Below, in pieces: positions 50,400 to 56,967 of a DNA stretch of 56,967 nucleotides. The translations under genes were made by a program, and so were the position numbers. Below the pieces are notes generated by a model. That model searched no databases. It was not told where the DNA came from and saw only the letters and a program-made list of their open reading frames with translations. The stretch's first letter is position 1. Every line of letters starts with the position of its first letter. Source of the DNA: Gaiellaceae bacterium (GTDB lineage Bacteria; Actinomycetota; Thermoleophilia; Gaiellales; Gaiellaceae); the NCBI GenBank assembly GCA_036505325.1, contig DASXTR010000218.1, positions 1 to 56,967 of the forward strand, read 5' to 3'.

Positions 50400-51920
50400 G
50401 TGGCGCTTGCCGCGCTCCTCGCCGCACTGACGCTCACCAGCTCCGCGTTCGCCGACGGCGCGCGCATCCCGGCGCGCTTCACGTGCGACGGCAAGGACGT
50501 GTCGCCGCCGCTGCGGTGGACCGCGCCGCCGCGCGGTACGCGGTACCTCCGCCTGACCCTGTTCGACCCGGACGCGCCCGGCGGTGGCTTCACGCATTGG
50601 CGCGCGCGGATCCCCGCGACGTGGCGCGCGCTGCGCGAAGCGCAGCACGCGCCCGTTGAGGGCGGCAACGACTTCGGCCGCCGCGGATACAGCGGTCCGT
50701 GCCCGCCTCCCGGACGCGCCCACCGGTACGTCTTCACCCTGCGCGCCGTCGACGCCCACGGGAAGACACTCGCGACGGCGCGCGTCGTGGGCCGCTACGC
50801 GCGCCGGACGACGCAGGTGGTCGCGTTCCCGCGCGCGGCACGCGTGTGGGACGACCAGCTCGCCTCGAACCTGACCGACCAGCAGCTCCGCTTCGTCGCG
50901 AGTCGTCTCGACGGCTCACAGAAGCTCCTGCGCAGCCAGGTCGACGCGCTGCACCGCCTCAATCCGCGGTTCCGCGTGCTCCAGTACCGGCTCGCGATCG
51001 GTCTCGGCCGGCGCGCGCAGATCCTCGACGGCGACCGCTGGATCCCCGAGTGGCCGGCGCACCCGCTCGAGCGCTGGTTCGCGCATGTGAACGGCAGCCG
51101 CGAGTACATGAAGCAGTGGGGCTGGTACCTCACGAATCCCGACGACCCGTCGTGGAAGCGCACGTTCACGAGCCGGCTGCGCGCGGAGATCGCGCGGACG
51201 CACACGGATGCAGCGTTCCTCGACTCGGCGAGCCCCCCGACGTACTTCGGCGGCAGCGTCTGGAGCCCGCCGCTGAAGGACCTCGACCCGCCGTTCGAGC
51301 GCGCCTGGTCCAGGCGGCTCGAGCGCTGGTTGCCGTACGTGCAGCGCGCGATCCGCAAGCCCGTGATCGCGAACGCGGGCTCGCTGATCACGACGCGCGA
51401 CACCACCGACTACTCGCGCATCGCGGGCGTGATGATCGAAGGGTTCGGCCACGGCCTCGCGCCCGGCGACTGGCTCGTGCAGATGCGGCGCGCCCGCGCG
51501 CTCGCCGCGCGGGGCCGCACCGTGATCTGCCAGAGCTACCCCGCGAACGAGCGCGAGCGTCTCTTCGACGTCGCGTCCGCCCTCCTGATCGCAGGCCCGA
51601 AGACGTACGTGAACCTCCAGACGTCGACGCAGCCCGAGTGGTGGGGCGAGTACGACCTGCCGCTCGGCCGCCCGCTCGGGCCGCCGAACCTCGACCTGAC
51701 GGCAAAGTTCTCCTCACGGGCCTACGAGGGAGGTGTCGTCTACGTCAACGCGAGCACCCTCAGCGTCGACGTCGACTACTTCCGGTCGGTGACGCAGTTC
51801 GTACCGCACGGGGGCGGTGTCGTAGGCCCGGACGGCACGATCTCGACGTCCGTCGAGCGCCGCGAGGTCGGCGGCTTCACGCTTCGCCCGGGCGAAGCGA
51901 CGGTCATCGCCGAGCGCTAG
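50400..51920 (+). CDS. secreted fusion: YbhB/YbcL-type PEBP domain + ~370-aa putative glycoside-hydrolase-like (TIM-barrel) domain
   Basis: Signal VALAALLAALTLTSSAFA. PEBP motifs FTCDGKDVSPPLRW, LFDPDAPGGGFTHW, GPCPPPGRAHRYVFTL. The assignment of the C-terminal domain (GHL/GH114-like) is weak pattern recognition. Confidence 0.6.
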   Translation: MALAALLAALTLTSSAFADGARIPARFTCDGKDVSPPLRWTAPPRGTRYLRLTLFDPDAPGGGFTHWRARIPATWRALREAQHAPVEGGNDFGRRGYSGPCPPPGRAHRYVFTLRAVDAHGKTLATARVVGRYARRTTQVVAFPRAARVWDDQLASNLTDQQLRFVASRLDGSQKLLRSQVDALHRLNPRFRVLQYRLAIGLGRRAQILDGDRWIPEWPAHPLERWFAHVNGSREYMKQWGWYLTNPDDPSWKRTFTSRLRAEIARTHTDAAFLDSASPPTYFGGSVWSPPLKDLDPPFERAWSRRLERWLPYVQRAIRKPVIANAGSLITTRDTTDYSRIAGVMIEGFGHGLAPGDWLVQMRRARALAARGRTVICQSYPANERERLFDVASALLIAGPKTYVNLQTSTQPEWWGEYDLPLGRPLGPPNLDLTAKFSSRAYEGGVVYVNASTLSVDVDYFRSVTQFVPHGGGVVGPDGTISTSVERREVGGFTLRPGEATVIAER

Positions 51921-52825
51921 CGTCCGAGCGGCAGGATCAGCCGCTTGTAGGCGGCGAGCGACTTCGGCTTCGACGCGAGGTCGAAGATCGAGCCGGGCTT
52001 TGCGTTGAAGTACGCGATCAGCTTCGTGCGCTTGTGCGTCTTGACGAACTGCGCCATCTGCTCGACGAACTTCGGGTCGTCGATGCCCCACAGGCCCCAC
52101 TCGGGGAACGAGTACGGCTTCGTCGGGTGCGCCTTGTAGAGCGCGTCGGCCGCCGCCCATTCGGCCTTGCCGCGGATGTCGTAGAGGTCGTTGCCGACTA
52201 TGTCGACGAACCGGTCGCCGGGGTAGTACGCCTGCGCACGGTTCCCCGGCACGTCGGGCGAGCCGTAGCCCTGCGGATTCCAGACGACGACCGCCTGCGT
52301 TTCGGGCAGGTCCTGGGTGATCGGCGGCAGCTTGAGCCTCCGGAGCTCCGCGTTGATCGTCGCCGCCGTGCCGCCGTGCACGATCAGATAGATGCGCGCG
52401 AAGGCGCGCCGAAATGCGAGCGTCGAGTGAGCTGCGTTCCGCGGCGTTCCGTTCTTGTCGTAGGCGCAGTACGCGTTCCAATGGCCGTTCATCTCGCCCA
52501 TCGGGCGGATGTAGATCGGCTTGCCGAACGCCGCCGCGGCCTGGTTCAGCGCGAAGAGGTACGAGTCGCCGCCCCCGCGGGCGATCGCGAGCGGCGTGAT
52601 CGCGTCGTCGCCGGCGCCGAAGCCGATCATCGGCATGTCGCCGAGCTGCGGGATCAGCTGCGAGAACGTCGCCTGGCCCCAGCCGAAGATGACGTGGCCG
52701 ACGTCCGACTGCTGCCCGGTCAGCGATTGGAAGCGTGGCAGCGGCCCGAAGATCCCGAGCTGCACTCCGGCCGACGCAGGGCTCGCGAGCGCGAGCGCGG
52801 TGAAGAGGATTGCGAGCGTCCGCAT
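51917..52825 (-). CDS. secreted GH26-like glycoside hydrolase
   Basis: Signal MRTLAILFTALALASPASAG. IYIRPMGEMNGHWNAY and YSFPEWGLWG resemble the GH26 acid/base and nucleophile contexts. ATG 52825 overlaps the rhomboid stop. Confidence 0.6.
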   Translation of the reverse strand: MRTLAILFTALALASPASAGVQLGIFGPLPRFQSLTGQQSDVGHVIFGWGQATFSQLIPQLGDMPMIGFGAGDDAITPLAIARGGGDSYLFALNQAAAAFGKPIYIRPMGEMNGHWNAYCAYDKNGTPRNAAHSTLAFRRAFARIYLIVHGGTAATINAELRRLKLPPITQDLPETQAVVVWNPQGYGSPDVPGNRAQAYYPGDRFVDIVGNDLYDIRGKAEWAAADALYKAHPTKPYSFPEWGLWGIDDPKFVEQMAQFVKTHKRTKLIAYFNAKPGSIFDLASKPKSLAAYKRLILPLGR

Positions 52826-53670
52826 CAGCCGGTGTATGCGACCGCAACGGCCACGATCGCGAGGGCCGCCGCCGAGCCGACCGTGAGCGCGAGGGAGCGC
52901 CGGAACCGCAGGAAGGCCAGCATCAGAACGACGCCCCCGGCGAGGCCCCCGAGATGGCCGCCGATCGAGATCCCGGGGAACGCGAACGTGAAGATCAGGT
53001 TGATCACAATCAGGCCGGCGATCTGGCCGCCCGTTGCGAGATGGCGCTGCCGCTCCAGGACGAAGAGCGCGCCCAGGATGCCGAAGATCGCGCCGGAGGC
53101 GCCGACCGTGATGGCGTCCGGCGAGGCGATGAGGGCCCCCGCCGCTCCCGCAACGCCGCTCACCAGGTAGAGCAGCAGGAACCGCCACCGCCCGATCACC
53201 TGCTCGAGGATCGAGCCGGCGAAGTAGAGCGAGTACATATTCACCGCGATGTGGAAGACCCCGTAGTGCAGGAACGCCGACGTGATCAGCCGCCACCACT
53301 CGCCGTGATCGACGCCGGCCGGCGTCCCGTCGGCGTAGACCGCGTTCTTGACGAGCGCGCCGTGCTCGTAGATCCAGTTGCCGGTGCCCTGGAGCGTCCC
53401 GCCGGCGGCGAGCTCGAGCAGGAAGACGCCGACGTTGACCGCGATCAGCGCCATCGTGACCGCATTGACGCGCTGCGCGCCGACGCCGGAGACCGCACGC
53501 GTGACCTTCTGCAAGCCCTGCGGCTTGCCCGAGTGCTCCGGGCAGCGCTGCCCGACGGGCGCCGGCGTCATGCAGTCCCAGCAAATCGGGCGGCCGCACT
53601 CCGTGCACGAGAGGCGCGTCTCGCGATCGGGGTGCCGGTAGCAGTAGCGAGGTGCGTCTGCAGTCGTCAC
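52825..53670 (-). CDS. rhomboid-family intramembrane serine protease with N-terminal zinc ribbon
   Basis: CYRHPDRETRLSCTECGRPICWDC; catalytic contexts GASGAIFG and GGHLGGLAGG; WRLITSAFLH. Confidence 0.9.
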   Translation of the reverse strand: MTTADAPRYCYRHPDRETRLSCTECGRPICWDCMTPAPVGQRCPEHSGKPQGLQKVTRAVSGVGAQRVNAVTMALIAVNVGVFLLELAAGGTLQGTGNWIYEHGALVKNAVYADGTPAGVDHGEWWRLITSAFLHYGVFHIAVNMYSLYFAGSILEQVIGRWRFLLLYLVSGVAGAAGALIASPDAITVGASGAIFGILGALFVLERQRHLATGGQIAGLIVINLIFTFAFPGISIGGHLGGLAGGVVLMLAFLRFRRSLALTVGSAAALAIVAVAVAYTG

Positions 53671-53675
53671 GCAAC

Positions 53676-53682
53676 TAGCGTA
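53676..53682. promoter_or_regulatory. overlapping divergent -10 hexamers TAGCGT (+) / TACGCT (-), each 6 nt from a GTG start
   Basis: The 17-bp intergenic region 53671-53687 lies between GTG 53670 (-) and GTG 53688 (+). The geometry is the same as at 29294-29310. Confidence 0.45.
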
Positions 53683-53687
53683 TCGGC

Positions 53688-54368
53688 GTGCGCGTACACG
53701 TCGCCTTCACGCCCGCCGAGGAGGGGTCGGCGCCGATCGGCATCGTGATAGACGTGGTGCGCGCCACGTCCTCGATCGCGCAGGCGCTCGCTTCTGGCTA
53801 CGAGCGGGTTCTCTGTTGTCGGGAGATCGACGAGGCACGTGCTCTCCGGGCGGAGCTGGGCGACGACGCCGTCGTCGGCGGCGAGCGGGATGCCGTGGTC
53901 GTCGACGGCTTCGACGTCGGCGCCTCGCCGCGGGAGTTCGCTCAGGGCGCGCGGGCCCGCACGCTCGTCCTCACGACGACGAACGGGACGGCGTCGATCC
54001 TCACCGCCGCGGCGCGGTGCGAGACTGTCATCCTCGGTTCGCTGCTCAACCTCAGTGCGGTCACCTCCTCGATCGACGACGACGTCGCGATCTTCTGCGC
54101 CGGCTTCAAGGGCACGTTCGCATTCGATGATGCCTACTGCGCCGGACGGATCGTTGCCCTCCTGGGCAACACGTCCAAAACGGACGCGGCCATTGCGGCC
54201 GAGCTGCTCGCACGCGCTTACCCCGACCCGCACGACGGGCTGAACGCGCGCACGTACGGGCCGCCGGGCCTGGAGGCCGACATCGAGTTCTGCGCACGCG
54301 TCGACACCCTCGACGTCGTACCGCGCTTCACCCGCATGGTCGGCACCGCCGCGGAGATCGTGGCGTGA
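53688..54368 (+). CDS. 2-phosphosulfolactate phosphatase (ComB) family protein
   Basis: VIDVVRATSSI...GGERDAVVVDGFDVGASPREF...TTTNGT. Confidence 0.8.
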   Translation: MRVHVAFTPAEEGSAPIGIVIDVVRATSSIAQALASGYERVLCCREIDEARALRAELGDDAVVGGERDAVVVDGFDVGASPREFAQGARARTLVLTTTNGTASILTAAARCETVILGSLLNLSAVTSSIDDDVAIFCAGFKGTFAFDDAYCAGRIVALLGNTSKTDAAIAAELLARAYPDPHDGLNARTYGPPGLEADIEFCARVDTLDVVPRFTRMVGTAAEIVA

Positions 54369-54676
54369 GGGTGATCGACGAATTCCCGAGCCGCGCGATC
54401 GAGCGTTTCGGCTCGCAGGGCTTCACGCACTCGCGCCTCGCACGCGGCGAGATTCACGTGTCGCTCGCGGAGCTCGACGGCGTGATCGGCGGCCACGAAG
54501 CCGCGTCGCACCAGCTCCTCGTCGTCCTGCGCGGCAGCGTCGTCGTCTCGGCGGGCGACGAGAGCGCCGAGCTCGACGAGGGCGCCGCTGTCGAATGGGA
54601 GCAGGGCGAGTGGCACGAGACGCGCGGGCAGGCGCTCGTCCTGCTGGTCGAAGGCGAGTTCGAGCCCTTCGTCTAG
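54365..54676 (+). CDS. small cupin-like protein
   Basis: 103 aa with a beta-rich pattern (HQLLVVLRGSVVV...AVEWEQGEWHE). GTG 54365 overlaps the previous stop (GTGA). Confidence 0.55.
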   Translation: MRVIDEFPSRAIERFGSQGFTHSRLARGEIHVSLAELDGVIGGHEAASHQLLVVLRGSVVVSAGDESAELDEGAAVEWEQGEWHETRGQALVLLVEGEFEPFV

Positions 54677-55515
54677 CCTGCCAGCGCGGGGAGGGGATCG
54701 ACCGCCGCGCCCCGCACGCGAACCTCGAAGTGGAGGTGCGGCCCGGTCGCATCGCCGGTCGCGCCGACGCGGCCGACCTGCCAGCCGGCCTGCACGCGCT
54801 CCCCGACGCGCACCTCGACCCGCGAGAGGTGGGCGTAGAGCGTCCGCGTCCCGTCGCGGTGCGCGACCGTGACGAGGAGACCCCAGCCGCCCGCGAGCCA
54901 GCCCGCATAGGCGACGCGGCCCGGCGCGGCCGCGACGACCCCGGTCCCGGTCGGCGCAGGGATGTCGATGCCGGTGTGGAACCGCGCGCCGCGCGGGCCG
55001 AACCTGTCGGTCACCGGTCCCTGCAGCGGCCGAGCGAGCGAGAATGGGACGTGCAGCGGCGGTGCGCGCAACGCGGCAACCGTTGCCGGCCCGGCGATCC
55101 CGTCGGCGGCGAGCCGCGCGAACCGCTGGAACCGCCGCAGCGCCGCGTCCGTGTGTGCGCCGAACGCGCCGTCGAACGTCCCCGACGCGAACCCATGCCA
55201 TGCGAGCGCGAACTGGAGCGCGAGGACATCCGTTCCGGCCGCGCCGGCGCGGAGCGGACGCGCGCCGAGCGGCCGCAAACGCAGCGCACGCCGGGTGCGC
55301 GGTCCGACGATCCCGTCGACGGCGAGTCCCGCGCGCCGCTGCGCCGCGCGCACCGCGGCGTTGGTCGCAGGCCCGCGCAGGCCGTCGACAGCAGCGACGT
55401 AGAGCCCGCGCGACCGCAGCGTGGCCTGGAGGACGGCCACGGCGGGATCTCCCGCGGCGTGAGCCGGGGCGGCGAGGAGGAGGGGCAGCGCGGCGACCGC
55501 GAGAATTCCGCGCAT
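54673..55515 (-). CDS. secreted M23 (LytM) peptidase with peptidoglycan-binding repeats
   Basis: Signal MRGILAVAALPLLLAAPAHA. PG_binding_1-like repeats (VDGIVGPRTRRAL, ADGIAGPATVAAL). Catalytic motifs FHTGIDI and GPHLHFEV. Start set at ATG 55515. Confidence 0.85.
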   Translation of the reverse strand: MRGILAVAALPLLLAAPAHAAGDPAVAVLQATLRSRGLYVAAVDGLRGPATNAAVRAAQRRAGLAVDGIVGPRTRRALRLRPLGARPLRAGAAGTDVLALQFALAWHGFASGTFDGAFGAHTDAALRRFQRFARLAADGIAGPATVAALRAPPLHVPFSLARPLQGPVTDRFGPRGARFHTGIDIPAPTGTGVVAAAPGRVAYAGWLAGGWGLLVTVAHRDGTRTLYAHLSRVEVRVGERVQAGWQVGRVGATGDATGPHLHFEVRVRGAAVDPLPALAG

Positions 55516-55613
55516 GCAGCGGGGGGTTCGCCGCCGACAGTGCCGATCCTGGCCTTGGAATGCTTCGCCTGCCGAGGTACCCTCGGCAGAGAGCCGCAGT
55601 CGAGGAGGCCACC

Positions 55614-55802
55614 GTGACCGACCAGTCACAGCGAGGGGGCCAGCTGGACCGCGAGCGCCTGGAGGCGCTCCGCGGCGATGTAACCGCACACGTCATGACG
55701 CTCCCCACCTCGGAGCGCACGAGGCTATTGGCACTGATCAGCGCCACCCTGGCGAGGATCGACGCCGAGCTCGAGCGGATCGGGGAGCGGCCGCTGGCCT
55801 GA
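55614..55802 (+). CDS. hypothetical small helical protein (62 aa)
   Basis: GAGGAGG Shine-Dalgarno 5-6 nt before GTG 55614. Sequence VTDQSQRGGQLDRERLEALRGDVTAHVMTLPTSERTRLLALISATLARIDAELERIGERPLA. Confidence 0.45.
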   Translation: MTDQSQRGGQLDRERLEALRGDVTAHVMTLPTSERTRLLALISATLARIDAELERIGERPLA

Positions 55803-55824
55803 ACCCCGGTATCGTCAGCTGAGC

Positions 55825-56946
55825 ATGGCCGCGAAGAAGTCCGTCCAGCTCTCGGGCGTCGTCGTCGCGCTCTCGGCGATCTCGTCGATCGACCCCGACG
55901 AAGGTGTGCTCATGTACCGCGGCTACGACATCGCCGACCTTGCGGAGCACTCCACGTACGAGGAGGTCGCCTACCTGCTCCTCCACGGGGAGCTCCCGAG
56001 CGGCGACGAGCTCGCCGCCTTCCGCGAGGAGCTCGCGCGCCGTGATCTGCCGGCGCAGGTCGAGTCGATCGTCGACGAGGCGCCGCCGGCGGCCGTCCCA
56101 ATGGACGTCCTCCGGACCGCGGTGTCGGCGCTCGCCTTCACCGACCCGGACCGCGCGGCGAACGATCGCGAGTCCGGCCTCCGGAAGGCTGCGCGGCTAA
56201 CCGCCCTGATGCCGACGATCATCGCGCGCCACCATCGGCGCCGGCAGGGGCTCGAGCCGATCGCTCCCGACCCGTCGCTCTCCTACGCGGAGAACTTCCT
56301 CGCCATGCTCCATGGGGAGCAGCCGGGGGAGGAGGCCGCCCGCGCGTTCGACATCGCGCTGATCCTCCACGCCGAGCACGAGATGAACGCGTCCACGTTC
56401 ACCGCGCGCGTGATCGTGGGCACGGGGGCCGACCTGCACGCCGCGGTCGTCGGTGGGATCGCGGCGCTCAGCGGGCCCCTGCACGGAGGCGCGAACGAGG
56501 CCGCGATGAAGCTCTTCCGGCGGTTCGGCTCCGCCGAGCGGACGCCCGGCGAGGTGCGCGCGCTGCTCGAGCGCAAGGAGAAGCTCTACGGCTTCGGGCA
56601 CCCCCTCTACCGCGCCTACGACCCACGCGCGACGATCCTCAAGCGCATCTCGCGGGAGTTCTCCGAGGACGCCGGCGAGCCGAACTGGTACGCGATCACC
56701 GAGGCGGCCGAGAAGACGGTCTTCGAGGAGAAGGGCCTCTACCCGAACGTCGACCTCTACTCCGCGTCCGTCTACACCTACCTCGGGATCCCGACCGACC
56801 TCTTCACCCCGGTGTTCGCGGCGAGCCGCGTCGTCGGGCAGGCCGCCCACGTCCTCGAGCAGCAGGCGGACAACAAGATCATCCGCCCGTCGTCGGAGTA
56901 CGTCGGCGAGCCGCGCCGCGAGTTTCCCGTTCGGCAGCGCTCCTGA
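55825..56946 (+). CDS. citrate synthase (short, ~373-aa type)
   Basis: LSGPLHGGANEAAMKLF, FGHPLYRAYDPRA, NVDLYSASVY. Confidence 0.9.
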   Translation: MAAKKSVQLSGVVVALSAISSIDPDEGVLMYRGYDIADLAEHSTYEEVAYLLLHGELPSGDELAAFREELARRDLPAQVESIVDEAPPAAVPMDVLRTAVSALAFTDPDRAANDRESGLRKAARLTALMPTIIARHHRRRQGLEPIAPDPSLSYAENFLAMLHGEQPGEEAARAFDIALILHAEHEMNASTFTARVIVGTGADLHAAVVGGIAALSGPLHGGANEAAMKLFRRFGSAERTPGEVRALLERKEKLYGFGHPLYRAYDPRATILKRISREFSEDAGEPNWYAITEAAEKTVFEEKGLYPNVDLYSASVYTYLGIPTDLFTPVFAASRVVGQAAHVLEQQADNKIIRPSSEYVGEPRREFPVRQRS

Positions 56947-56967
56947 CCGTCGCTACGACGGGCTGAT

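Overview
Very GC-rich bacterial chromosome segment (about 70% or more by eye). Gene content and order look actinobacterial: aroC-aroKB-aroQ-pepQ-efp, tlyA-nadK-recN-steA-steB-pyrG and an mprAB/htrA-like module. Assignment to a deep-branching Actinobacteria-like lineage is inference only. I call about 65 densely packed protein-coding genes, many joined by 4-nt GTGA/ATGA start-stop overlaps. The content is overwhelmingly housekeeping: a Liv-type ABC transporter, the shikimate pathway, EF-P, biotin carboxylase/BCCP, NusB, RecN, CTP synthase, alanine dehydrogenase, a deoB/deoA nucleoside module, Fpg, RecO, an HtrA protease with a two-component system, PPDK with its regulator, and citrate synthase. 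I saw no rRNA, tRNA, CRISPR array, transposase, integrase or phage genes. I do not see a defence island or an obvious novel multi-gene system. The unusual signals are small-scale. (1) A 24-25 nt palindrome is present three times, each time inside a coding sequence, in the same orientation and frame (translated DNLSQG), which resembles in-frame RPE-type elements. (2) A 45-nt hairpin repeat family (TTGTGCACCAGAGCAC arms) sits at gene junctions, and two copies overlap start regions. (3) A structured element of about 90 nt occurs twice, with alternative hairpins. (4) A TAnnnT hexamer recurs exactly 6 nt before start codons (leaderless-type promoters), including two 17-bp divergent gene pairs with overlapping -10 boxes. 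(5) The gene in the accB position encodes an AccB-type BCCP fused to an OadA/PycB-like carboxyltransferase domain that has lost all four metal ligands. (6) There are two tandem paralogous zinc-ribbon mini-proteins and several other unlisted small ORFs. All coordinates of starts, repeats and hairpins were derived by hand from the sequence. Family names come from motif recognition, not from searches.
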